Below are positions 12,031 to 24,348 of a DNA stretch of 64,000 nt, piece after piece. Origin of the DNA: Camelus dromedarius (taxonomy: Eukaryota); the NCBI RefSeq assembly GCF_036321535.1, contig NC_087437.1:52826001-52890000 (forward strand), written 5' to 3'. The position numbers and the translations under genes are program-made. Numbering within the stretch: position 1 is the first letter of the stretch; each line of letters opens with the position of its first letter. Under the pieces are notes generated by a model that saw nothing but the letters and a program-made list of their open reading frames with translations, did no database searches and had not been told where the DNA came from.

Positions 12031-13285
12031 CATTTTTATGCCCAGCTTCTAGAGAAGCAAACTGAGACTCAGAGAAGACAACTACTTTGCCCAAGGTCAC
12101 ACAACTGAAAAATGAAAGAACTTCAACCCAGGTCTATCCAGCTCCCCCACCAAGGCTCTTCCTATAACAACATATTGCTTCCAAGGGAACCAATAAATGC
12201 TGTAGTTCTAGTTTGATTTCAGATCTTATTTTAACCAACACACCCACCCCCAAATCTGATGGGTGCCTCCGAAACGCAAGCAAGTGGGAAGAAAGAGAGA
12301 ATTGCAGGGGCTGACTCACCAAGATCTCACTCCATCACCAAGTTGCAGAGGCAAAGGGCACAGACAGCTCCCAGGTGTCTCTCCTGAGAGCCAGGCGGGG
12401 CTGCCGGCAGAGCAGAGTGGGGCCTGACAATCCTGGGGAAGTTTTTCCATTCCCACTGGCACCCTTGCTTGGTCCCCTTGTTCATTAACATCTGTGTCCC
12501 TCCAATTTGGGCTCTGGCTTGAACCCTGTGAACTGCTCACACAGGCTCCTGCTACCTCTTTGTTCAAACAGACAATGGTTGTGGTAACAAAGGAAAATCA
12601 GATGCAGGTGAAAGTTTATTTTTAACATTTCCAAGGCCAAATGGGGATTTAACATGAAAATCAGAGCCCTCACTTCCGCCTGCTCTCTCGGAAAGTGGCT
12701 TGGGTGCTTTTGGCTGGCCCGGACTCCAACATGCTTGGATCTTTTCCAAGCAAGTGCACCATTGATGAGGTAGACAGTTCAGTCTTTTTAGGGCCTTCGT
12801 TTGGCCAGAAATAGACATTTTGTTTGGAGATGGTGTTCCACTTGGGCTGACAGAGTGTGATAAGCTTAGGAAGGAAGGCATGCTGCCCTGGCCACCCCAA
12901 ATGTGTGAGGTTTCTTCACATTTTACAGAAATCAGAGTGAAGCATGAAAAAATGTGTAATAAAGTGAAAATTCTTGGAATTCATTAGGTGGAAAGGTCCC
13001 TCAGGAGTGGACCCCCAGCTTGTCCCTCCTCTACGGCTCCCCTAGAGGCCTGCAGATAACAGAGGCTGCCAGGTTCCTGTGAGAAACAGCAGGGCCCACC
13101 AGGAGCGGAGCTGCAGGGAGCGCCTACACTGTGCAGAGTGCTTGACTGTGTTATCACCTCATCACATTATCTCGAGAGGTAAGAGGCAATATCAGCTGTG
13201 TTTGATCAACGAGGAAACCAGCTCTAAGAGGTAATGAGTCAGCCCATTAGTTACAGAGCACGCCTATTATTATTTGACGCCAAAG

Positions 13286-14683
13286 GCGCACACCTACGGT
13301 CAATTAATCCATGACAAAGGAGGCAAGAATATACAAGGGAGAAAAAGCAGTCTTTTCAGGAAGTGGTGTTGGGAAATCTGGACAGCTGCATGTAAATCAA
13401 TGAAGTTAGAATACTCCCTCGCACCATATACAAAAATAAACTCAAAATGGTTTAAAGACCTAAATATAAGACATGACACCATAAAACTCCTATAGGAGAA
13501 CATAGGCAAAACATTCTCTGACATAAATCATAGCAATATTTTCTTAGATCAGCCTCCCAGGGCAAAAGAAATAAAAGCAGAAATAAATGAGACCCACTCA
13601 AACTTAAAAACTTCTGCACAGCAAAAGAAATCATCAAAAAAGTGAAAAGACAACCTACAGAATGGGAGAAAATATTTGCAAATGATGCAACCAAGATATA
13701 CAAACAGCTCATACAACTCAATATCAGAAAAATAAACAACCCAAAACCTAATCAAAAAATGGGCAGAAGATCTAAATAGACATTTCTCCAAAGAAGGCAT
13801 ACAGATGGCCAATAGGCATATGAAAAGCTGCTCAACATTGCTAATTCATAGAGAAATGTAAATTAAAGCCATAGTGAGGTACCACCTCACACTGGTCAGA
13901 ATGGCTGTCGTCAAAACATTTACAAATAATAAATGCTGGAGAGGGTGTGGAAAAAAGGGAACCCTCACACACTGTTGGTGGGAATGTGAATTGGTGAAAC
14001 CACTACGGAAAATAGTATGGAGGTTCCTTAAAAAACTAAAAATAGAGTTACTATATGATCCAGTAATCCCACTCCTGAGTACATATCCAGAAAAAAATGA
14101 AAACACTAATTTGAAAAGATACATATACCTAATGTTCATAGCAGTACTATTTACAATAGCCAAGACATGGAAACAGCCCAAGTGCCCAGCAAAAGACGAC
14201 TGGCTTAAGAAGATGTAGTGTACATATATATTATATATATGTATAATGGAATACTACTCAACCATAAAAAAGAATGAAATAATGCCATTTGCAGCAACAT
14301 GAATGGACCCAGAGAATATCATACTAAGTGAAATACGTCAGAGAAAGACAAATATTATGTGATTATGTTCACTTATATGTGGAGTCTAAAAAATAACACA
14401 AGTGAATCTATATATAAAACAGAAACAGACTCAGTCATAGAAAATAAACTGTTATCAAAGGGGAAAGGGAGGGGGGAAAGGAATAAATTAGGAGTATAGG
14501 ATTAACATATATAAATTACTCTATATAAAGTAGATAAGCAACAAGGATTTACTGTGTAACATTCTTCTCAGTATCTTATAATAACCTATAATGGAAAATA
14601 ATCTGAAAAAAATATAAAACGGAGTCACTTTTCTGTACACCTGAAACTAAGATAATATTGTAAACTATACTTCAATTAAAAAA
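13286..14683 (+). mobile_element. 5'-truncated LINE-1 (ORF2 C-terminal relic plus 3'UTR) with 17-bp TSD
   Basis: ORF-track peptides [28 protein letters not shown] and [11 protein letters not shown]...[19 protein letters not shown] are L1 ORF2p; stops and frameshifts are present. TSD ATTATTTGAC(G/T)CCAAAG at 13269-13285 and 14686-14702. Confidence 0.95.
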
Positions 14684-16194
14684 CGATTATTTGACTCCAA
14701 AGTCGATTATTTCCCACTGTCCCATAGTGAGGAGGAGCATTAGTTTTCTCTCCCCAGACCTTCTACCTACCAGGGGAGGCAGAAATGTGCAGAAATAGCT
14801 CTGGGCTTTCGCTCTCTTGAGAACCCCAGCAGCTGCAGTTTTCCTGCAGAAATGAAGAAATGAGAAGTTGTGGGTTCACAGTAACCATGATTATAATAAA
14901 ATATTTCAAGAAAACAAAACAAAACAAAAATGAAATGGCCTATTCTCATTTTTGTGCTTCACTTTAAGCTAAATCAGCTTTCTGATATAAAATGGCTTTT
15001 CTTCCCGATGTAATTCTTCCATTGGTTGGTCTTGGGCAAAGTGTGGATTGAGGAAGAAAAGAAGAGAGGAGTAAGTGATCCAAGAGCTAAGGGCTGCCTT
15101 CCTTTTTTTTAAGGATACTTGGTGAATGTGCCTTCTTCTTGCTTGTATTTTTCTTATGTTTTTCTTTGTGAAGTGGGGAAAAGGTGGGGTGACCACCTTT
15201 AGGAAGGGAGGAGTAAGGACGGGCAGGGTGAGAAGGTAGGATGAAAGAGGATGTCTGGGTGGGGCCAAGTCGGCTTTAAAGCCAGCTGCACCAGACGGGT
15301 TGGGCTGCCTGAGGCCGAACTGACAGGCTGGAAATGATGGTCCTCCTGTTAGCTCCGAGTGCCAGGTTGCCATCTACCTGTTTCCTCTCTGCTGTAAGCC
15401 TCCTCTGTCAGTCAGTCCCACCCATCTCCTGGTGCTTGCCTCTTTCCTAGGGAAAAGGCTCTCACTGAGGATTACTAAATTGGCTCTTTCCAAAACCCCG
15501 TCTCCAGCCAGCACCTCTCACCCCATACTGCCCCCGTATTCCTCCATTTTCATCACCAGCAACTTTTATGAAGCTCAACAAGGGTGAAGTCACTGCCAAA
15601 TCTTCTCCCACAAGCCAATGTCTCCTTTCTTTCTTTCCATCTTTAAAGGGCTATTGCCAGCATCCAGCAGCCCAGGGTTGGAGTCAACATTGACCCTTCC
15701 TTCCCTATGAACTCCTGTACGTAGTCTGTCCTTCACAAAATCCTATCTGTCCTTTCTTCCACATGACTCTTGAATTTCTTACTTTTTAAACTTCCTCTGT
15801 CCCCATCCTAAGCCAGCATCTGGCATCTGCCTCTTGCATCTGCCTCTTGGCTGGGCTCCCTGTAGACTCTTTCCTCTTCAAATTATTATTCTATATCCAT
15901 TTATTATTCATTCATCAGAAGAATATTTACTGAGTACCCACTGAATGCCAGACAATGTATTAGACACAAGATGCACCAGTGAGTAAGGCAGACATGGTCC
16001 AGTTAGGGAGGCAGTTACAGTGCCTTGCAATGAATGTGGTGATGGAGGAAGCACAGGCTGCTAGGGAAGTCTGGGGGGGTGGTCCTAGTCCAGATGGGAA
16101 AGGCGTTAGGGAGGCTTGCACATTTCTGCCAGATTCATCATCATAAAATGACACTTTTACCCTGTTTCAATGACAATTGGCCTCCTATTACTTT

Positions 16195-16560
16195 CACTCC
16201 TTCAGATTTGCTAATGTTTCCCCCCAAATTCATGTGTGGAAACACTAATCCCCGGGGCGATATTATCAGGAGGTGGGGCCTTGGGAGGTGATTAGGTCGT
16301 GAGGGTGGAGCCCTCAGGAATGGGATTAGTGCCCTTGTAAAAGAGACCCCAGAAAGGTCTCTTGCCCTCTTTCTGCCGTATGAGGACACAATGGGAAGAC
16401 AGCAGTCTGCAACGCAGAAGATGGCCCTCGCCAGAGCCTGACCTGCTGGCACCCTGGTGTCAGACATCCGGCCTCCAGAACTGTGAGACGTAAATTTCCG
16501 TTGTTTATACTCCACCTGGTCTGCGGGACTTTGTTGTAGCAGCCTGAACTGACAAAGACA
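16195..16560 (+). mobile_element. MLT1A/MST-like MaLR solo LTR
   Basis: CCCCCAAATTCATGTGTGGAAA...GGTGGGGCCTTGGGAGGTGATTAGGTC...GGGATTAGTGCCCTTGTAAAAGAGACCCC...CCAGAACTGTGAGA...GCAGCCTGAACTGACAAAGACA. Confidence 0.85.
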
Positions 16561-17581
16561 AGGTCAGACTCTGCAACCTTCCCTCCTCTAAGATTCTAAG
16601 CCTTCCCTCTTCGGCCCAGCCTTACCCCCAGGCCTCTCCCTGGTGGAAGTGGTAGTAGCAGCAGTGATAACAATCGCAACATTAGCAAAACCGCATTAAG
16701 ATTATACCTGTCCGGGCCCTCTTCTAGGTGCTTCTCCTGTGTTCACTCTTCACAGCATCCTCTGTGAAGGAGGCACCATCACCATCATGGCTGACAGATG
16801 AGGGCTCTGAGGCATGGGTGCGCTGAATGGCAGAACCTGGGTTCAAATCCCAGGGGTGTGGCTCCCGGCTGGACACATGACCACACCACCACTGCACGTC
16901 GGTGTATTCAGCCATGTGGATCTCAGACTTCCCACTGGACACCCTGCTTTCTCCTTGAGGGCCTTTCCTTGGTCTTTTCTCTCCTGGGAACGCCCTTCTC
17001 TTTCTTATCAAAACCCTCTGTCTTTTACAGAGCCTTCCTCTATGGAAAAATAGCTGAATGTGGACTCAGTTCAATGTTCAAGTCCCAGAACTCAGGTGTT
17101 AAACCCCTTGTCCCTGATTCTCAGTTCTCTCCTCTCTACAAAAGGAATATTACTGTCCTCCTCACGGGGCCTTTCTGAGTATGACATGAGAATAACGTAT
17201 GTGAGTGTGCTTTGCAAAATCTAGAGTCCTGTGTAAATGAAAGGGAATCGACATCATTTTTTCCTCATGTTTCCCAAAGTCAGAACATTTCTATGCAGCC
17301 TGTACTTCATCATAATAATATTTGCTTATATATTCCCTTGGGGATGTGACTTCAGCTTTCTAAACCTCAGCTCTCTCATCTGTGAAATAGGCTTAATACC
17401 AGCTGCCTTATTAGACTATTGTGGGGATTAAATGCAATAGTGTTTTTTAAAGGATTAGACACATAAGAATGTACATTGCATGTCTCCCAAACCTTAACTT
17501 TTCCCAAGCTGCTGGGGCTAAATTATTTTTGTCTCTCACTAGAAGGCTGTCCAGAATCGTAATTTCTCTCTCCCTTCATTC

Positions 17582-17677
17582 TTTTTTTTTTTTTTTTAAT
17601 GGGGGTACTGGGGATTGAACCTAGGACTTTGTACATACTAAGCATGCACTCCATCACTGAGCTATTATCCTCTCCCC
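17582..17677 (-). mobile_element. tRNA-derived SINE (Vic-1-like)
   Basis: GGTACTGGGGATTGAACCTAGGAC...CTAAGCATGCACTCCATCACTGAGCTA preceded by poly-T. Confidence 0.85.
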
Positions 17678-20600
17678 TCCCTCTACTCTTTTAATAAATG
17701 CATGGCACCTGTCTTCTTGGAACTTCTGATTTAATTCAGCATCAACAGTAGAATATTTATTTACAGAAGAAAAATACTTTTCATGCTCTTTTTGACCATG
17801 TCACCCACATGCACTGCCACCAGCCCAAAGCCCATTCTAAAGCGGCTTTTGCAAGCACAGCAGCGCTCTGTGACCCTCCGAGTGCTTGTTCAGCTGAAAT
17901 TACTTGTGTCTGGCACAGGCCTTCTCTTTTGATTTTGGCAGGACTTCAGGGAGTGAAAAAGCTGGGTTAGTGTGAGGGCTGGGATTAGAATTTGAGACTC
18001 AACAGATCATACTGTTAACACTTCTCGTCTTTGCTAACTTTATGAAGTTCAAGAAAGGCTTTCTGGGGAACGACACCAGTTTATTTGCCAAAAGCTGAGA
18101 TGGGCCAAGGAAGATGTAGTCAGCATTTGGAATCTCCTTGCCTTAGAATCTGACAGCCAAGGAGGATGAAGGATGCTGGGGAGCTGGGAGTGGGGGGCGA
18201 GGGGGGTAGGTGTGTAGAAAGGATTTGGAAGGATTCAGGATGCTGAACAGGCTTGGCTCCTTGTGACTCCACCCCCGCAACATCTCTTAAGCCATCCATT
18301 CCTCTCCTTCTCCAGCACAGCCTTGGTCCTGGTCCTCTTCATTCTCACCAGCAACAGCAATACTTTCTGATACATCTCATTATCCCTCTTGTTCACCCGA
18401 AATGTGGCTACCAGTTTCTAGCCCTCTGCTTAAAAAAGTCAAGGCTCCCCAGTACTTATAAAATAAAAGCCTCACCTCTAGGTTGGTGCTCAAGGGCTCA
18501 AGCTCCTCCCCTCTTCCCCCAGGCAAGCCCCAAACTCCCTCTGTCCTTATCTCATCCCTTGTCCTCCAGAAATCCTCTAACACCAGCCAGGTGGATATGT
18601 GCTATCCAGCGGACTTGCCAGCATATTCCAGCCTGTGAGCCTCCAAGCCTTTGCCTGGGCTGGTCCCTCTGCCTGGATTGCTCTACCCTAGTTCCCATCT
18701 TTGCTTGGAGTCCTCCTCAGTCTCCAGGTCCCAGGTCAGATATGGCTCTTCTGCGAAGCTTTTCTCAGCTCCTCCAGGCAAAGCTGATGCCACCTCATCT
18801 CTGCTCCATGGGACTGTGTCCTGCACGGTGACCTAGGTAAACTTGGGGACAGGACTAAGCCTTATTTCTGTTTCCCCCACCCCCATCTAGTGCCTCATTC
18901 AGCCTAATGTTACTTTATTTGGATTTTTGCAAGCTGGCGAGACAAACACCCATGATGCCAGGGAGGAGCCAGAGCAGTAGGCTGAGTTTTCAGCTGTGTC
19001 GGGCTCACTGATTCTGCCTTCTCTCATCTCCAGAGGAGGGCCGTGCACTGGTAACTGCCTTCTCATTTACCTTAGGTAACTGCTTCCTGAAAATTTGTCT
19101 GTCTTCCAGACAGGGTCCCCACTGGCAGGTACTTCCACTTAGACTCCTAGAAGTGATCCCCATTATGTGGCAGACGCGTATTGGACTCTGGGGACACACA
19201 CATGACTGTGACTCTGTCCCTGCCATGGGGGCCCTCACAGATAGTCAGGGAAAGGCACACACATAATTTCAAGACAAGGCAGAAATCTGATGGGGCACTC
19301 AGTCCAACATGGGAGAATCAGGGTAGGCTTCTTAAAGGAGGTGATATCTGAGCTAAACATTGAGGAATGTACAGGAATTAGACAGGCAAAGATGGTCTAA
19401 ACAGCACAGCCTCAAGCTACCATGAGCATTCAAGACTGAAAGATTATTGCTTGGGGAGGGGGAAGGGATGAGATGGAGAAAGAGAGAGAACGATAGAGAA
19501 GATGATGACATTTGAACTGGACTTCAAAATATGAGAATTTTGCATGGATAGAGATCTGAATAGGATAGAGGCTGGGGGACAATCTGGGCAGGGGAACAGC
19601 ATGAGCAAAGGCATGGAGCAGTCATGCAGCTTGCTTTACGTGGTCAACTCCAAGGTTACCACTGGAGTACAGATCATGGGGTCAACAGGCAAGACAGGGC
19701 TGAAGAGAGACAAGGGTCCAGGTCACAGAGGCTGGTACATTCTGATGATTTCCTGCGAGCAGTGGAGGGCTGCAGAACTGGCAGATGGTGGCGGGGTGGG
19801 TGCCTGGGGCTCAGTCAGCTCTGATATCAACTAACAAAACTGCAGCCAGCTCATCAGTTCTGCTTTCATCTTTTCAGTCACCGTATTGTTATGACGAAGC
19901 GGCCCCACCTCGTAGCAGCAGAGGTGGGAACCAAAGCAGCCCCGGACCCCACAATGCGGGATGCTGAGGGCTAAGCAAGTTCCCCTCTCTGGAAAACAGG
20001 CACCTAAACATAACCCCCTGAAAGAAGAACCTGAGCTCTCCCTTCTAGACTAGTGTGTCTTTAGAAGTCAAGTTCTCCAGGCATCAGGCATTTCGGGTGG
20101 GAACTGAGAAGCCCCGAGCATCCTGCAAACAGGCTGCAGGAGTCTTAGGTCAGAGCCCAAAGGAGAGGGCTGTGAGACTGTTCATCAGCGTCCAAGAGAG
20201 ATCAAGCTCGTTCCAGTAATTCTCTCTCTGCTCTTTGCTCCAGGCTCTGCCAGAATGCAGGCCTGCTGCAAAGTGTGAATCCTGGCAGGTTCTGGGAAAC
20301 AACAGGAGTCTGGCTAAATGGAAGAAAACAACTTTCTTGGGGTACATGGCAGCCCTGGTGTCCTTGACTTCAGGCTTAACACTTGGCCCTCATAAGAAAT
20401 ATAGAAGAAGGGCCTTCTGCTTGTTTGCTAAATAAACAGCTCTTGTGTAAACTGCTGCATTTCAGGGTCTATTTTGGGTGTGAGTGAGCAATAAAAGAGG
20501 GGTGAACCTGGCCTCTATATTTCAACTGGAATCTCCAATTTGACCACCCAGTCATAACGCTGCAGCTTCCCAAATCCTGTGCAACCCTGCTGATGACTCG

Positions 20601-22102
20601 GGAAGGGTCCTGGCTTTACATTAGTACCTGCTGGGAAGGGACAGAAGCTCTCATAGCCACCTCAAACCCTGGGACACTATTAGAAATGTCTTGTGAAGGT
20701 AGCCTCAAGCCCATTTGAGAAACTCTGCCCTAGTACCGAATATGTGGCAGGCGCTAACAGGGCTGCCAGAGACGCCAGAGACCCCAGTGCAGGTAAGACC
20801 CAGTCTCTGCTCTCCTCCGCTCTAGTTGCAGCAGGAGGAGTGGGGAGGAGGATTTATCAGTTAGGACCCCTCTTTTTTGGTAAGTAATGAAAATGGTGCT
20901 TCATTCCAACTTAAGCAAAGAGAGAGAATAGGCATAACAGGGGCCAGGGGCCCAGGGGCCAGTTTTTCTCTTTCTGGGTTGACTCTCTTCTCAAACAGAT
21001 AGTTGCAAGATGGTTCCTAGTAGCTACTGGGGCTACCTATCTGACTCATGCCTAAAGAGAAATAGAGAAAAGTTTCTTTACTGGGATTATTGGCAAAAGC
21101 TCATTATGCATCACTGGCTGTGAAGAGAAACACGCCCATTTCTTGTAGGTAGGGGAGGGGAGATGGTGTGCTGATGAGCTTATGCCTAGGTTACATGCTC
21201 CATCTATGAGCTGAGGGTAGGACCCCAGCTGAAGCCATAGGCTTGAAATTTGGAGGGGAATAGGGTCACAGTTTCCTGAAGGGTAAATGGAAACTGGTGA
21301 CAAAAAATGAGATACTCCAAGATAGACTAAGATCATAGGGCTCTGGTTGCAATGAATAGCAACCCAAGGCCAGTAAAGCAAAACAAACTTCAAAACTAAT
21401 CATAATTGTCAGCATGCTGGGGTAGCGGTCACTGGATTCTGTGGAGATCTTTGTGAGTGACTCCATGACATAGCTTGAGGCTGTGCTGGTAATACTCACT
21501 GACTGTCCTGTCTAACTCCTTTATATTACATTCTTGAATGTTCTGTTCTGATGATTAAACTAAGTCAATCATGATATCCAAGTAGTAAGAGCAGAGTGTT
21601 AGAAAAAACTCAGGTCTTTGGTGACATTGTTCAGTGGCTGTAACAGCCATTCCTAGGGCCCACTTTATCTCAGGTTATGTGAGACAATAAATTTTTAAAA
21701 CTTTTATTTTTCTTCTGTTCATGGTTTGAGCTCAAAGTCTACTACTTTCACCTAAAACTGTCCAAATTGGTACAAGCTCAAACAAACACCTTTAGGACCA
21801 TATTTCATCTGGGTGTCTCTCTGATGCGGGCCATATTCCACTGCAGAAAGGCTCAACACATACACGTAAATGGTTCTGTGTTTGAAAAATCATGGGGAAG
21901 GGTTCTAATTTGTCAGGCATGAACAGCTGGTCTGCTCTGTGGACCAATTATGTGCCAAGGGGCATGATATATTCTGAACGGCACAGCTTGGGTTGATTGT
22001 CTCTAATTTTGGATTAATCAGCCTTGGGCAGAGGTTGAGGTAGGAATAGAATTGGCATTACTCCTGGGGATGGGTATCCTATTGTATCTGTATTGACTTT
22101 TA

Positions 22103-22275
22103 CAATGTTTTTCAAAGTGTGGCCCCCAGACTAGCAGTTTGTGCACCCCAGGGAAGTTGTCAGAAATGCAATGTCTTAGACTTCACATGGATCTCCTGAG
22201 TCAGCAACTCTGGGGGTGAGGCCCAGCAATGACCACCAGGTGTTCTGACGTACACGAACGTTTGAGAACTATTGA
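22103..22275. mobile_element. MER5A-like hAT MITE
   Basis: TTTCAAAGTGTGG...AGAAATGCA...GGGGGTGAGGCCCAGCAAT...TTTGAGAACTATTG. Confidence 0.7.
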
Positions 22276-24242
22276 GAACAGTCATGCAACAACTGAAACC
22301 AAGTGCCATGGTGGTTCAAAGAAGAAGCAATGTTTAATCAGAAGATGAGGGAGCCTTAAGAAAAGAGATCTTTGAGATGAATTTTGAAGATTGGTTAGAT
22401 TGCTTGAAATGAATGTGAGTTCAGTTCACACAGAATATTGTAATTACAAAAAAGAATTTAAAAAAACCTTCACCCAAACAAATTAACTGTTCACTTTTAC
22501 CTATAGTTCTTTTCATTCTTGGTCCATGAGTAAACACATTTTTTTGTGCTAACACAGATGAAATTTTCTATCTTACTTTTTTCACTTAACAGTTTTATTC
22601 CTAGTTCACTCTGGTTTCTGTTATATAAACATTTTGATTGTTTACAATGGCTTTGAGGAAATTAATTTTAAAAAAACTTTAGATGTTATCCATGGATTCA
22701 TCACCTTAACCTAATCACTACAATCATTTCCTTCTAGTCTTTTTTCCCCTTATGGAAATTATGTACATTAGAATAAAAGCAAATACATATTATACATACA
22801 TACTTCATAGCACAAGTGTTCATTTTCATTACTGACCAGTTTCATTAAGTACAAGAGGCCAGCAAAGAACTTTACCATAACTTATTTAACCAACCTCCTA
22901 TTTTAGACATTTTGATTGTTTCTAGTTTCTGCTGTGATAAACACCTGTATGTATGAAGTGCTTTCTCCCATATTTTGAGTTATTTCCTTAGAATAGATTT
23001 CCAGAAGTGGAATTATGGGGTCACAGGATACAAACTCTTTTATGGTTCTTGATACATTTTGCCAAATTTCTTTTAAAAGGTTTTGTACCAATTTACACTG
23101 CCACCCGTGATGGGTGACAGTGCCAATTTTCCCACATCCTCAGCAGTTCTGGGCATTTTAATTAAAAAAAAACTTTTTTTGGCCAATTTAACAGGGGAAG
23201 AACTTCATGTTGTTTTAATTTGCATTTTTATTACTTTACCTAACATTACTTAATAAATATTTTCCATGTTGCTTCAATGTCTTAATAAGCTCTTTTATGG
23301 TTGCAAAGTCTTTTTATGGTTGAGATGTGACCACTAAATATAAGGATAGGACATTCCAGTTTAGTGACCACTGAGAGCCATAGCACAGGGTCAGGAAAGC
23401 TCACACACAGACTGTCAGGAGCTGAACTCATTGTTTTCAACACCTTCCTCCTTCTGGGCTCCCCTTCTTGGTGAATAGCACTACCAGCCATCAGGCCATT
23501 TAACCCAAAGCCCTAGTGTTGTTGTTGACTCCTCTCGGCCCTCCATCACCTACATTCAAACAATGACCAAGTCCCCTAAATTGCTCTTGAAACCCTGCTG
23601 CTACTACCTGAGGTTCAGGCCACATCATTGCTTTTGAAACTATTGCAGAAGACTCCTAATGGGTCTTGTTTCCCTCGAAACTATGCTTCACATTGCAGGC
23701 AAAACTACCTTTCTTATACCCACATATGACTCAAGTGTGTTAAGAACTTCCTATTACTTTCGAGATGAAGTCCCCAAATTCCTTAGTCCATTTTGCAAGC
23801 CCACCATGATCTGAACCCTGCCCTACTCTTTTCCAGGTGGTGCAATCAGAAGGTTGTGTACTTGTCTTTTCCTCTGAGCTATAGAGACCATGTCCCAGAC
23901 CTCTGAGGACCATAACCACAGTCTCAAAATGGCTGACTGGGGTTGGGATGAAAAGATGGGAAGCAGTATCTGGGTCTCCTGAGTGGCCTTACTGACATGC
24001 CCTGTATCCAGACCAACTACCTGGATGGTGCTTTACCCTGGAGCTACTCCAAGTAGCTCCAAGATTGATCCAGGAAGGGTTTGTTACTAGCTCACAATGG
24101 GGTGAGTACCAGAGTAGAAAGTTGGCATTTGGAAACTGTTTTATCAATTTGATAGAGTAATTTTATGTTTAGGATCTAATAATAAAAAAAAATGAGTTTG
24201 TATTTTGTGAGTCTTTAAAAACTTTCATTTGTCTATTAATTG

Positions 24243-24348
24243 GAATTTTTAAAATTGAAGTACAGTCAATTACAATGTGTCAATCTCTGGTGTACAGCAC
24301 AATGTCCCAGTCTTGCATATACATACATATAATTGTTTTCATATTTTT
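24243..24348 (-). mobile_element. Ultra-short L1 3' end with TSD
   Basis: ATTGAAGTACAGTCAATTACAATGTGTCAATCTCTGGTGTACAGCAC resembles an artiodactyl L1 terminus; TCTATTAATTG flanks both sides (24232-24242 and 24349-24359). Confidence 0.7.

Noticed and set aside
13274..14218. ORFs with reverse-transcriptase-element similarity
   Set aside because: Broken L1 ORF2 C-terminal pieces of a 5'-truncated copy; neither a gene nor an active element.
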